A DNA stretch of 64,000 nucleotides, from assembly GCF_000002075.1 (NCBI RefSeq), contig NW_004797311.1:1855807-1919806 (forward strand), read 5' to 3'. This document shows positions 39,815-52,883 of the stretch, piece by piece. Made by a program: the position numbers and the translations under genes. Position 1 is the first letter of the stretch; each line of letters starts with the position of its first letter. The notes below the pieces were generated by a model, which searched no databases, had not been told where the DNA came from, and worked only from the letters and a program-made list of their open reading frames with translations. The DNA comes from Aplysia californica. Lineage: Eukaryota.

Positions 39815-40295
39815 CTGGAAAGTACAAATGTCATGAGATTGTCAAACGAAGAAAAACTATTACAAAGAAAAAAGGTATGTCAAAGCTGGACTACTCCATG
39901 AGTGACCATGACTTGAACTCCCAACTAGGTACTTTCGCACTCAATTCATTTTGAGAGTTTTAATTGCTCACTATTCATTTGCCTGATCCTATTGGAGAAA
40001 GTAAAAAAAATTGGAGATATCCTCTCTTAATTAAGCATATCATGTTGAAAATGGTCATACTATGAAGAGTTTCAGTTTTTTAAATTAACACATTGATGAT
40101 ATTTTACACCAAGGTCATAAACGCCTCCTAGGTGATATCCCGTTTTACAAACACTCCTCCCCCCAAAACAGAATAATGGGTCAAGTATACATAGTGTTAT
40201 TGGTGGACAATGCATCAAAATCTCTTGCTTGAAATTGGTGGACAAGTCCACAAAGAGAATCCATTCACTGGGCTGACGAAGAAAACCAACCGTAC

Positions 40296-40473
40296 CTGAA
40301 CCTGATCTTTTCTTTGAGGATGCAGGCGATCCAAGCATTGCATAGGCTGACCGTCACCATGGAGATGATGCTGATCTGTGAGGCGGCAGACAGGTAGTTG
40401 ATGCCTCGCACCACAGGAGATAGCAGGTTGTCCAGAATGTCCACAGTGTACTGGTTGGCCTCAGCCTGGTCAT
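40296..40473 (-). CDS. CCDC142: CCDC142 coding exon 10 (DDQAEANQY...AWIACILKEKIRF)
   Basis: TCTCAG| acceptor and AG|GTACGG donor; phase 1 to 2. Confidence 0.88.
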
Positions 40474-41451
40474 CTGAGATACAGCATATAAATGTTGGTG
40501 AATTCACTGCCTTGTTTTTGTTGTTACTCCCCCAGCTGCTGTTCGCTTGTGATTTTCCACTGGATATTACGTCGTGGAAAGATGAGTATTTCATAAAGAC
40601 ATTTTTGATTTTCAATTTAAAACCAACAGATTGAACTAAAATAACTTGAATTCAGATATTTATTATCTGGTATTTGTCTTCAACAAAATCATTTCCTTGA
40701 CATGTACAGAAAGAACCCAACATCAGTTTTTAGAGAAAGAGAAATATGAAGGTAGAAATTAACAAAGTGTACATTTTTTCTAACTTTAGATAAACAGGAA
40801 ATAATTTTCAACTCTGAATTAACTTATTTTGAAATTTTGAATTTCCCTTTGATTTGGCAAAACCCACACATACATTTCTTTTGGGAGCAGAATATATATA
40901 TATGAACGGATAAAATTAATTCTCTTCTGGGCTGCAACCCCAGTTTCATTTCAATATATGTGATAATCTTCTTGGTTGTTTCTAAGTTACAGAAACCGAC
41001 ATCCTACTTTCACGTTTCAATTCAAATGAATGCCAAAACAGAAATTCTCCCTGAAAAAAACCCAAACATTTACACAAAACATGAGGGGGTCAGACGCAAA
41101 ACCCGATAAGCGATATTTTGGAAAAAATCGAGATCGGCTATCAGATGCACAAAATGCTTTTTCCCAAAATCCAACACATACTTCATAAAAGCCACCAAAA
41201 AATCTTTTTAAGCATGTTCGTGCGTATAGCAGCATTTAAAAAAGCTGATTTTCTCCAAAGTGCTAAAATGGATGTAGCGGGCTTTGCATATCAGCCCCTC
41301 GTGTGTTGAGTCAAATAACAATAATTACTTGAACATTTGAGCTTTGCAGCCCAGAGAATTGTTTATCCCTACAAAGTCAGTTACAGTACTTAGTGTGCAG
41401 TCTGAACCTCAGATATATAATAATATAAGCAGAAAATTTTCTCTGTATTAC

Positions 41452-41566
41452 CAGGGGGTATCTTTCTTTTCCACATTCGAGAAGGAAGCATGTTTTCTTG
41501 GAAGAAGGCAGTAACATAGGCAGAGTATTTGTCGACAAAGGTCTTCGTAGTACTTCCACTCAGACT
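41452..41566 (-). CDS. CCDC142: CCDC142 coding exon 9 (SLSGSTTKTF...MLPSRMWKRKIPP)
   Basis: TTCCAG| acceptor and G|GTAATA donor; phase 0 to 1. Confidence 0.85.
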
Positions 41567-42196
41567 CTGGAAAAAAAAATACAACAAGGTTATTTTATCA
41601 TGCCAGTGCTATTTAATGTAAAAAGAATGTAAAAAGGTCTTTGAATTTTGTTTGCAATATGTAGCAAGTTTGCAGACTATTATTTTATGGACCAGTGAAC
41701 TATTTATCTTTCATTTCCTCGTTTTAAAAATGAAATTTGTTTCACTCGAATGCAAACTATATACTTCTTATGACATTTATATTGAAAGAATTCTCCTAAC
41801 TGGGGCTGAGAGGGTATTGTTTAAAATCTTTTAAGAAATGAAACATAATTAATCATTTTCTTCAGCATGCTTTATTTTATCACAATTGCTATTGTTTTCT
41901 ATCTTGATAAGGAGACTTTTCTCCACCAATTAAAAAAAATAAAAAGATAAGAAACCCTGTCAGCATTATTACTTTTCTTCATTTAAGACAAAAATTTAAG
42001 AACAAAGTACATGCATTTACTATGAACAAAAAATGCAATACAAATAGGCGTAGGTTACATCATATATCACCACCCTGGTAAATTCTTACCCCCCCCCCCC
42101 CCCCCGATAAACACACACACAAAAACACAAAAAGTGAAGCTTCGTCTCATTTTATTGTAACTCCAGAACTGCAGGTCCATCCATTCAGAGTCTCAC

Positions 42197-42349
42197 CTGC
42201 ATCTGACTGTTAGTTTGACTGATCTGCTGCAGCAAGCCTGTGACCTGACAGGCTGACAGGTTGTCACAAACACGCGAGCTCAGCCCCTCGGAGCTAAACT
42301 TGAGACTTTGCAGCAGGTAGGAAGCATTCTTGGTAGAGTCAACTAGGAT
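42197..42349 (-). CDS. CCDC142: CCDC142 coding exon 8 (ILVDSTKNAS...QTNSQMQ)
   Basis: TTCCAG| acceptor and CAG|GTGAGA donor; 153 nt; phase 0 to 0. Confidence 0.85.
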
Positions 42350-42774
42350 CTGGAAATAAGTAGTGAAGGACTGAGAGTAAGAGAAAAGTCTTTGTGAACA
42401 AGACGTGAATGCATTATTTTTCTGAAGACAAAAAAGAAACAGTCACAGTATGGGAAGAATGATTACAAACAGCAATACTCAGTGAAAATTCCACATCTTC
42501 ATTATGATTTGATCTTAACAAGAACAAGAATTCCATTACAGATTTGGAAACAAAAACAATTAATTTCCCAACCTTTCTACTGGGGGGTTCTTATGGTCCA
42601 GTGACAAGTGTGCTCAGGCTCACAAAAAAAATAATCCAATACTGTCCATGACATTATTTTCATCTGGATGGTCTCTATGGTGTGTCCTTCAGGTAGACAC
42701 ATTAACTATGAAAAAAGACAGGATGCTGCTCAGAGGTGCCCAACAATGGCATATGAATAGAATTGTCTGAACCG

Positions 42775-43248
42775 TTTTTTCCCCCTCTTTTTTTGGTAAG
42801 TGTTTTACGGCACGTGGGACACACCTAATACTTTTAGTAGGTAGGAAATTTTGAATTTTGCCCGGGTGGCGGCCGAAGCCTACTCTTATCAGTTTTTGAC
42901 CACCAAGGGATCTTTAACGTGCACAACTTGCACACGGGCCCTCCGAGATTTTTCGCCCTTGTCCAAGAAAGCTAGGTGTAGATCTTTCCTACCAGAAGAT
43001 CAGGGGTGTGGCAGAAAGACAGCTGTAAAAAGGAGTAAAGGAGTAGCAGTAGAAAGGCTGCAGAAAGAGTCAGGAGCCCAGAGGAGGGGGCAAAGGAGGT
43101 GAGGGAGTGGGGGCAGAAAGAGGAGACGAAAGCAGACAACAGAATATTGCTAGAGAGCAGGAAAGGAGGTGAATTCGCTACCTGGATTCGAACCCGGGAC
43201 CTTTGAATGAGAGGCCAACACCTTAACCTCTAAGCCACGAGAACCCCC
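42775..43248 (-). mobile_element. tRNA(Glu)-like SINE, family A, full length
   Basis: Head on - reads GGGGGTTCTCGTGGCTTAGAGGTTAAGGTGTTGGCCTCTCATTCAAAGGTCCCGGGTTCGAATCC, with A box, CTC anticodon-like loop and B box. TSD TCTGAAC(C/A)G at 42766-42774 and 43249-43257. A-rich tail. Confidence 0.88.
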
Positions 43249-43577
43249 TCTGAACAGGTGTTACATTGTGTATTATGTGATGTTGATAGAACCATAGAAT
43301 AGTTTTAAGTAAAGATTATCCTTGTAACACAAATATCCTCACTGAGATAAATAAAAGTGGCATATAAACAGTTTCATATTTTTCTTTCCAAAGGTGAAAC
43401 TGTTTGTGTATAAATAAAATAAAGACGCACATTAAAACAATATGAGAAGTAACAGAACAACATTGAAAACTATGGGGAAACAAATTTAGAATTCCCAGCC
43501 CACCCTAAACATGTTCACTTGATCAATTTTGTCATCCATTCTACTTCTTTCACTCGGTACTAAAAGAGACGACTCAC

Positions 43578-43747
43578 TTTGAGATCAGTGTGGGTAAGCA
43601 GTAAGAACTGGTTCACATTCCAAGAAGACAGCGACTGTTGCACTTTGGTGCTGCACCATGACTGGGCTACTCTGCAGGTGGTCAGCATTCTCCATGTGAC
43701 CCCTGCATACACTCCCAGATCAACGTCGGCACGCTGGACAACATCCT
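43578..43747 (-). CDS. CCDC142: CCDC142 coding exon 7 (...QSWCSTKVQQSLSSWNVNQFLLLTHTDLK)
   Basis: ACACAG| acceptor and AAA|GTGAGT donor; phase 1 to 0; carries the W.......L.SW....FLL....DL pattern. Confidence 0.85.
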
Positions 43748-44750
43748 CTGTGTTTGCACAAAAACAAACTGCATTGAATTGAAATATCAGAAAAGAAGAT
43801 CACCCCTTGTATCTTGGCAAATAATTCTGATAAATAAATCCCATGAAACAACATTCAGAGATAGCAATGTGGAGAAAGTAAGACCAAGAAGCATAGTGGA
43901 ATGAAACAAGGGTGACAGACAAAAAGAATGCATTTTGACAACTGGGAAGCAAATGAGTAACAGAAAAGGATGAAAGGATGCATGAAAGAGCATTATGAGT
44001 TGCTGCACTACAAATGGATGAACTCAAAAGACAAGACAGAGATTCAAGTAAATTTAACATATATTATCAAATAAGAAACAAATTCACATATCAACAAGAG
44101 TTTAAAGTGACATCGCTATAACAAAAATATGCCTATAGGAATGGAAGTCCACAAGTAACAATCAGCAAGTAATGTAAAAAGTGACGAAATGTGACATTAA
44201 TATAAATGAAGTAAAGTTCACAGTCGTATCAGCATAAGATTGACTCGAAGAGTTTCTATATCCTAGTAAAAAGATACTCAAAGCCTTCACAAAAAATAAA
44301 AAGGGAAAAAGTGTTGTTTCTTTAAGATCTGTAAGGCCCATTGATTGAACATGTTTCCATAATATGAAGTAAAAACAGACTATTTAAGATCATAAGATCA
44401 CCCACTGGATCTGATGCTCATTTTGTACTCCATTCCATCATCACCCCCCCCCCCCCCCCCCCCTTCCCCAAATCAATTCAAGACTGGCAACAAATTAGCG
44501 GAGTCTTTCCCATGGATACTGAACCCAGCTCAGTCAAGACTAAAAGCCACAACATTTTGATCATGAGCGAGCTTCACAGCGTAAACAATCAACTCCGACA
44601 AGATAGAACCTGCCATTCTCCACTCCCCTCCGAATCCCCTCCACAAAAAAGGACATAACTTGTTATAGAATTTCCTGTCTGTTTCTTTTTCTTTCCTTTT
44701 CCCCAGCTTTTTTTAAAGAAGCATCCCGACAAGAAGATAAGAACTCTCAC

Positions 44751-44912
44751 CCTGATCCTTAGACAGTGACTGGGAGATGTCCTGCAGGATACTCATCAAG
44801 GGTTTGAACAAGTCACGTAGATACTGACCAGTGCGTGTGCTGAAGGCCTCCCCACTAAGGGGACGTGGCTGGCACTTGTCTGATGGCTCTGAGGCCAGGC
44901 TAGTACTCAAAA
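44751..44912 (-). CDS. CCDC142: CCDC142 coding exon 6 (LSTSLASEPSDKC...SLSKDQ)
   Basis: TTTCAG| acceptor and G|GTGAGA donor; 162 nt; phase 1 to 1. Confidence 0.85.
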
Positions 44913-46324
44913 CTGAAATTTAGGAAGGCACAGCATACAATAATAAATTAGATTTCATATATCTTTCCAGTGAGACAAAATCAAGCTCCAAAAAGAAAAA
45001 CAATAAAAATAAGATTTCTCTCACAATCTGTTTAAATGTTGTAAGTCCAGAGAGTATTATTTTTCATGAGAGAGACAAAATGTTTCTTTCATTTTACGAC
45101 TGTCTCTGCACGATGAAACCGGTACCAATACAAATGTAAGGTCTTTATCTGTTGGTCACCATGAATCACCTCATGTAGAGGTATTATTTTATTATTGACA
45201 AGATATGTCATATGTGGCTTATCACATGTTTCAATTACCTTTCAATGCCGATGAAATTTATCAAGCTACCAAACACTGGTTTTTATGTCATCAGGTGCTT
45301 TGGGGCAGATATTGGTTGTGTGTGCGAATTGAGCCACAAGGAGCTGTAAACTTAGAGGGTGCTAGCAAAATAAGGTGGTGTACTGGTATCTTTTCCTTTG
45401 ATCCATTTTTTCCATGACTAAGCAAGTTTAGGTTGTGTAATAGCACAATATTAAACCATCCCCTTCCACTAATTATCTGCTTCCTCTTGACCAGTCTAGA
45501 AAGTGCAATAAATTACATATTTTCTCATTATTCTGATCAGCCTCTTGGTCTTTATCAAAAAATGTGTACAAGTTTTCAGCATATGCAAGAAAAACATTGC
45601 ATAGGTCTCCAAGGTATTGACCTTTTTCTGGGGCTGGCATTTTCGGCTCAGGACATTACAACAGGTGGCTGATGATATACTTTATATCTTTTCTATTTGT
45701 CATTCAAAAGACTCGTGCATATAATCTTATCAAATAAACCCCAAAATTTGCAGTAAACATGACTCTTTGTTGTTTGTTTTAGTAGAGGTTTTATAGCGCT
45801 CGCAACTGTATAAGGTCATATGAGCGCCAAGGGGTGGATGTCAACAGAGAAGTCTTTACAGGGAATCAGACTTACTCTGCTCACCTCTCTAGCTTCAACA
45901 GCACAAAGTCTGCTTCGACTATCAAGGCACCCAGGAAAGAGCGGGTCACAAGAGTATGACAAACATACAAAAGAAGTAGAGGAAAAATGACGATAGGAAG
46001 GATTAGGAAAGAAAAAGCAGCAGTTCCCTGTTGAAGTTCAGGCACAGTTATGAGCACGACACTGATGAATCAGCCCACTTTCAATTACAATTTTACTGTG
46101 CATAAGAACATGGTTAATGTTCCCCCTTTGGGAATGGCCTAGAGACACTTCAGTCAGTAGCACCGCACTGTGGGGTTCATGACTCTTTGACAACCCTAAT
46201 TCTAACTCAGTCACAAAAGTGTCAGTGATTTCATCATAATAATGTTGACTGTATTCTTCAGTTGATTTTGTAATTGGAGCTTGCACATTTCAAATAATAT
46301 CTATTGCGGGCAAATCCTACTTAC

Positions 46325-46411
46325 AAGCATCCCACGCCCCATAGGCTGACAATGCATGTAGCCGGAAGACAACACCAAGCAGAGGCTGGACAGAGGTAGG
46401 TGGAAATAAAT
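46325..46411 (-). CDS. CCDC142: CCDC142 coding exon 5 (DLFPPTSVQPLLGVVFRLHALSAYGAWDA)
   Basis: TTTCAG| acceptor and T|GTAAGT donor; 87 nt; phase 1 to 1. Confidence 0.85.
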
Positions 46412-47034
46412 CTGAAATAATGAAAAAAATTAAAGTTCACAGCAGTGTATAGGGATCAATCAATGCATAAAACTACAAAAACACATGACCCATACATAAT
46501 ATAGATACAAACAATTCTTTCCAAGTAAACATAAACAATAGATTTATCTAGTCAATAGCTGGTGACAAATATGTCACAAAGATATTGCTATCACACTTTT
46601 CTTGTCAAAATGTTTTTTTCTAAAAGAATGGACAACTCAAGGGCAGATCAAATTCTTATGACAGCTCTCCTACTGAATAAATTATAAGAGAAAATTTGAA
46701 GGCAAAATTCTATATATTATGTCTTTGGCACAACTTAGATCAATAAGGGGGACGGTTGATATGACTGCTTTCCAGGATCAATCAAATTTGTGTATAATAC
46801 AAAAACTTCAGCATAAAGATGGATACATTCTACGAAACTTCTTTTTCTAAATGGAATCCAACTCATGACCAAGCAAGAAGCAATTAATACATTGACAGTT
46901 GTACAACATTACAAATGAAAAGCAAGATAAACAGATTGAAAACTAAAAATATAGGCTCTTGGTCTTGTAGAAATATGTATTGTGCACCAAAAAAAGTTTA
47001 CTGGCAACTATGCATTCCATGATAAACAACTCAC

Positions 47035-48310
47035 CCTTGTAACACACATGTTCAATGATATTCCTGAGTACAGCGGTAACAGTGTCGTTGAACAGTAGTA
47101 CAGATCCCATCTTTGACTGGAGCAGACAGGACCTGTTGCTCCATGCCGGTTCATCCAAGAAAAGATCTAGGTTCGAGCCTAGGTGAGTCCAGAGGGAGTC
47201 CATGTAGTGCGCCACCACAGCACTGCGAATTGTGTTGTCAGCGTTGTCGCCCCAGGACACTGTCTTACGGTGATGGGAATCTGTGCGCGTCATGACAGGA
47301 GTCTCACCTTGGAATTGCACCCGGGGTGGTCTTCCCACCACTGGGCTCAGGGGAGTTTTCAAGTCCGAGTTTTTATTTGAAGGCCTAGAGCGATGAGTCT
47401 TCTGGGGCTCATTTTTACGTAACAAAGACGTTGAATTGCAAACAATTAGAAGGAAATTTTCAGCAAACTCTTGTTCTTTCTGAGAAAACTCTATGAGAGG
47501 AGAGCCCAGGTTAGACAAATCAGGGGCTCTGACCGAGCCGACTTGGAGGAAAGTTGCATTGAGGCTTGCATTGCTACCAGAAAAAGTGTGGTAGTCAGAA
47601 GTGTCGCTATGGATCGCTTGTGAGTGCGGCTGGTGCTGGTGAGGCAAATAGTCACCCCACTCAAATGGAGGCATTGTGCCTGTGCTCAGCATACGTACAA
47701 AGTGTTCATTCGCGGTGAAAAAGTGATGGGTGAGTTTGGCAGCATAGCGGGATTTCTCATTGGCCAGAATGTTGAGTACTTTGGTAAAAGGTATGACTCT
47801 CAATGGCTTTCTGAATGACGAGTTAAGAAGCGCGGGATGTACATTGTGGACAAAGGAGAAAGGGGAGTAGGCAAAAGAATGAGATTTCTCCAGCTGGAAA
47901 TTCAGCTTGAGTCCGTTGACAACAACGTTGAAATCTTCCAGTCCTCGTGTGATATTCCACATGATCTCTGGGGTGAGTGTCTCCATATTGCAGTGTGCAA
48001 ACACTTCAAAGCCAATGTGTATTAGCTGGTCCAGGTTCCACACAGCACGTAGTACAGCTGACATCAGCACTTGCATTATGTACTGAAGCTGGAGACAGAG
48101 CTGCCCTAAACGAGGCTGCAGCCAGCGATTGGTGTTCATCCTCTGCTTGATGCTGTTCCAGTGTGCAACATGAAGACGCAGGTCTTCACACAGTGCATTC
48201 AAGCAGTACAGTTTTGTCACTGGAGTTTCTGATGGACCACAGCCATGTCTGATGGCATACACTGTACGGCACTCCATATGTACCAAACCTTCAAGTTCTT
48301 CCACAAACAT
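47035..48310 (-). CDS. CCDC142: CCDC142 coding exon 4 (1276 nt)
   Basis: This is the long ORF 46943..48310 in the track. Acceptor CCCCAG|ATG, donor AAGG|GTGAGT; phase 0 to 1. Confidence 0.9.
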
Positions 48311-48689
48311 CTGGGGAGGAAAGAAAGCAAAGATTTACAACTTCTGAAATGTAACATCATAAAAAGATGCTTCAAATGATGAAAAAGAGTACAAAGACAT
48401 TTCTATACGAAGAACAGATATCATAGGTCAGTTCTTCGGATGTTTTGCTTTTTAGGCTAAGAACATTTGAACATCTTGTTGAATATATCCTTCCCTCGTA
48501 ACATACAAAGTTCCCAGTGCTCAGGTTGACAACAGGTCTACAAAACAGAATCACATACCCGTGAAAAAGATACAATAGTGTCAAATACATCACAGCTTTT
48601 TAGAAATGTATCATATACAGTGAGATTGTCAGGCGAGAGGGAGGCGCCGAAACCAGTCACCTGCCCCCACTGCCTTGTGGGTTAGCCTT

Positions 48690-48893
48690 GTGCATTGGAG
48701 AATATTGTAACAACAGGCAAGTTTGATGGAAAGAGAGGCAGAGGCAGACAGAGGGAAAAGATACTGGACAAGATGACAACATGGCTAGGAGCAGCAAGAA
48801 CAACAGACACCATTGCTGCAACGCAAGACAGAGTGAAGTGGAGGTCCATGATCGCCCACGCCAGTCGGCAAGGCACCGGATGATGATGATGAT
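48690..48893 (+). mobile_element. RTE-type LINE 3' end fragment
   Basis: Encodes LENIVTTGKFDGKRGRGRQREKILD...QDRVKWRSMIAHA, followed by a (GAT)n tail. Confidence 0.75.
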
Positions 48894-49147
48894 CATATAC
48901 AGTGGTGAAAGTATAATAGGAAATTGTATGAATTGACCAATCTTGGAAAAGATAAAAGCATGAAAAATAATATTCCAGTTTCTTAGGGTCAAAACATCAA
49001 TGCCTTTAGAAGACGTACAAACACTGGTCCACAGTTAGTTTTAGTTAAGTAAGAGTTTCACTGTGCTCGCAACGTACTCATACAGTTAATTAAGATTAAA
49101 ATCAGAAAAATTAAAATTAGCACAAAATCTTATTGTCTGACACCAAC

Positions 49148-49253
49148 CTGCGCAGATCTTACTCTGGAGAGACAGTCTTTGAGCAGTTCCAACTGGGCTC
49201 GCTCTTCCATTAATTTTCGGAGTCTTGAATATTGCTGTCCTAGAGGCACACCC
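49148..49253 (-). CDS. CCDC142: CCDC142 coding exon 3 (GVPLGQQYSRLRKLMEERAQLELLKDCLSRVRSAQ)
   Basis: CATCAG| acceptor and CAG|GTTGGT donor; phase 2 to 0; coiled-coil-like sequence. Confidence 0.8.
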
Positions 49254-49660
49254 CTGATGTTCAACAGAAATAAAATAACAGAAATAAAATATCTTTCCCA
49301 CAATAGCACAAATATCTTGGTATATATTCAAATAACCGTAATAATATAACGTAACTGAATATACATGAAATGGTGATAAGATTCCATATGATCAAAGTTA
49401 ACAAAATAAAAACTAATACAACAAATTCAATAAACTTTTATAATGAAAATATTAAAAAAAATGATGTTTCTCTTAAGGACTATTAAAAAACCCTACAAAA
49501 AACTTGTACCGGAAATACATTATTCAACACCAGTTGCTATATTCAGGTATGTACATCTCATATTGAATTAAACTTGCCATGAATTATTTACTATCCTCCT
49601 GAACATGCTTCATGACTTATAACATCATAACTTTACTAAGACAAATACTAATGACAATAC

Positions 49661-49845
49661 CTGGGACAATGGTTAAAATAGCCACCATCCATTTCAGGTA
49701 CTCTTTTGCAAGCATGATGTCCAGGCTGCAATATGTTGAAAGTTTTCCGCAAAAATTTTGCAGCATCGTCAGCATCAGTAGCATCGAAAGTTGTTTCGAA
49801 GGCAGAGGAAAAGGAATTTTCCCCATCAGTATCAAAACCGAACGC
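49661..49845 (-). CDS. CCDC142: CCDC142 coding exon 2 (AFGFDTDGEN...YFNHCP)
   Basis: TTTCAG| acceptor and AG|GTATTG donor; phase 0 to 2. Confidence 0.8.
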
Positions 49846-51906
49846 CTGAAACAAAAAAGAAAACATCCATATTGTAGAACTAAATTTTTTATTGTTGGCA
49901 GTCAAAAAAATCTCACCATCCATAATCACTAGGAAGCTGAAACAAGTAGGCAACAGTAACACCAGAAAGAGAAAAATTCTCACAAAAAAAGTCCAACCTG
50001 CCCTGCCATAGACAAAAACCTGTCCAAAACAGAAACGTGTCATGACAGAATCTCACCCTGCCCACTGAAAAAATTCCTCTATAATACATTTGTCTCAGAT
50101 AGAAACCTTTATAACCCAGAAATGAACAGAAAAATTTCTTCCCTTCTGAGGGTTTTCACTTGTTGAAGACAGAAAATACTTTGCCCGATCAACCCTTATT
50201 TTCATTTTAAAAAATAAAAATTTGGTTCTATCGGAGCTAAACTTCATGCCACGCCATCAGGTAAGGCAGGGAAGAAGGAGTGTGGTATGGGGGTAGCTGT
50301 TACCCCATCCATTAGAGCCCTGAGTGGTACAGATCGTCAGGGTAGTGTGGACGTGAAATTTCAGGGCTATTTGTCTTCAAAAGTGCTGAAGCGGTGCATC
50401 TGCATGTACACTTTCCATATTACTACAGGTGCGAAATATGATCACTGCCTGCTGCCCTGATTGTATGTCTAATGACTAAAATGTTTCCTGAATCCTTCTT
50501 ACAAGCAAAGGAGGGCAGGTATTGCTTGATTGTGTTCAATATATCGAATGAAGAGTGAGGGTAAGGATGGAAACAAAGGAGACGTTCAGTTGATTTTGCT
50601 TTTAACCAGTCAAATTGTGGTCTTAACTCACTCAGCCCTAACGCTGATAACATCAGTAGGCCTATGCGCGCGCAATGCTCCAACCCTAACGCTCATAGAA
50701 TCGGTAGATCTATGAAAAATTTCGCTCTCGTGACCGAAAACATTACTTTAGTGTGAAGTGGACTATAGCCTAATTGGAAGAGTGTAACCATTTTTCATTT
50801 GAACAGACTATGACCAGAAGCCCAAATTTAGAACAAAAAAAGCTATATTCGTGAACCATGTGAGGGGGGTGCGAATTTTTAAAGCACTTCCTTTCTTTGC
50901 TAGTTGCTTACTTTTTGACTGTGTATATAGACCTTTTCCACAGAGTATTGCATAAAAACTATGACATATTTTGCTTTCCAATATTCAATATACACAAACA
51001 AAGGTTTGAATAAACTGTGTACCAAATTTGGGTACGATATGTTAAAATTTAGTATTTTTTTCAATTTTTCAAAAAGGGGTAAGAATCTCTAGGGAGAGTG
51101 GACAACCTGAAAATGTAAGCCTAGGATTGAGTGAGTTAATCAATGAGATGCAAGCACAGTCTGCAATGGATTAGTAGACTGATGCATACCATTCTTAGGA
51201 TAGCTAGGATAACATTTGGGAGGTATGAACTTTTGACCACTGATAGTCAACTGCACAGGCGACCTTTGATCCTGGATCTCAGAAACCTTCCCTTTAAATT
51301 CCCCTGTACATGTTTCTAATATATTTAAGATGGAATCTTTTTCTGGCTCCTTTGATATTTCATCTTAAACAGGTTCAATTGTAGGCCTTCTCGGAAACAG
51401 ATAAAAATGATAGTATTAACAGAGAATCAATAAGCAGCGGGTATTGAATCTATTGATCAAAACATGATAACTTTGAATTGCTATTTTCCTCAACCTTCAA
51501 GAAATATCTTTTTCATATAACTGTCAAATATAGTTAATATTTGGATTGACAAAATTCAGGAGCCAAATTTTACATACACACACAGCTGTGTCAACAAGAC
51601 AGTCAAAAGAGTGACAATAGTCCAAGAGAGCCATCCATAGTTGAGGAGAAAAGTAGTTGTCAAAGACAGGCGGGTTATATACATCTTGGACAGTGTCATT
51701 ATAATGTGGAAAAAATGCATGGGGGAGTAGAATATGATCATCTGTACAGGTGATTGTTTTAGACTGTTGGCCTTTCGAGCAGGTTTGATTAAACTTTAAA
51801 TTCATAAAGATAAAAAAGGTGTGATGTAACCTGGCAATTTTTTTCTCCTCCGGCAGTGTCAAGACTAAAATTAAGATTTCTATTCAGATCAGACGCAGCG
51901 TCCTAC

Positions 51907-52035
51907 CTGAATAGGAACATCAGGGGGCTCATCTTCATCCACTGGAGTATGCTTCCCAAGCATGTGAATGGGAGGCAAGCGTGACTTCAGGGAGCCACGC
52001 CCTCTCCCAGGCCCACGAGACAGAGACTGACTCAT
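51907..52035 (-). CDS. CCDC142: CCDC142 coding exon 1 (MSQSLSRGPG...PPDVPIQ); the exon starts at acceptor 52117
   Basis: ATG in an ACAATGA context. Donor CAG|GTAGGA, phase 0, in frame with the next exon. Not in the ORF track. Confidence 0.7.
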
Positions 52036-52883
52036 TGTCAGTTCTTTTCATGAAAGGGAACCATGATGCAAATGTCCTTTGTCTCACATCCTTTAAAGCT
52101 GAAACAGACAGTATTGCCTGAGGAGAGATTGTATGTGAAAAAAATGATTTATTTATTAACTTCATGATAAGGCTGAAGTTACTTTCATTCGCAACAAAAG
52201 AAGCTTCCTCTTTAGTCCCCATAGTAACAAATATTCTGCAAATAAACATTCGTGAATAAATCACGAATAAAACAAAACAAACAAAAACTAAACATTCACA
52301 TTCTGTTTACTTTGAGTAGCATTATAACTTTCTAATGTTTCCATTTTTTCATCTCTTGAATAAATGAAAAGAATTCATAAACCTTTTCATAGCAAGTGCC
52401 CACTTTTGCCACCTTTAAAAGGCTAAAATTTTCATAGTGCCCACCAACATGTTAAACAATAAATGTCTAAACCCAGATCCTCCACTACTGCCCAACAAAA
52501 TTACCAAAATCACCCTCCAGTTGGCAATACCGCCCAGGTTGGCAAGCACTGGTATTTAAACTATTATCAATACACTAAAAAAATATTTATAGAGCAATAT
52601 CAGCACTTCTGTGCCTCAACAACTGGAAGACATGAGATTCCAAGACCGATGACATCTATAAAAGGGCGCTCATCCAAACTGAGTACTGCACGGATGACAA
52701 TGCTTTTTGAAACAATAAACAATTATATATGTGCCAAGGCCTTTTAAGAAAAGTCAGAACGCAAAAACTTTTAAAATAAACCTACCGGACAAAACAAACC
52801 CTTAGTTTTAACACTAACAGTATCGAAGGCTTGAAAAACCCTGAAGTACTGTACCAGTTTAGAACGCTTGAAGCCTTGAAAAA

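Larger units (their letters stand above)
38001..52035 (-). other. CCDC142: CCDC142 homologue, coding span of 12 exons (3027 nt, 1008 aa)
   Basis: All junctions are GT-AG and all phases match. C-terminal segments (NAWIACILKEKIRFSLWGAVQLGIDF; IFQQMRGIVILLKRQP; QEWLALRAIGGSKQWKFPACF) match, from recall, the vertebrate CCDC142 motifs AWLDHIL..GIRFSLQGALQL..DF, IFQQLDGALLCLLQQP and Q.WLALR....W.LP...C. Confidence 0.85.

Noticed and set aside
43170-43248. Possible tRNA-Glu gene (also at 52884-52960)
   Set aside because: The stems are disrupted, and the sequence continues into a repeated body with a tail and TSDs. It is a SINE head.
45884-45935. Possible extra CCDC142 exon ending in GAG|GTGAGC
   Set aside because: No convincing acceptor. 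Exons 5 and 6 already join in frame to give the expected WDAF-LSTSL segment.
46943-47034. Track ORF extension ELFIMECIV...KSLYF
   Set aside because: Intronic read-through past a consensus GTGAGT donor. The downstream exons continue the protein in frame.
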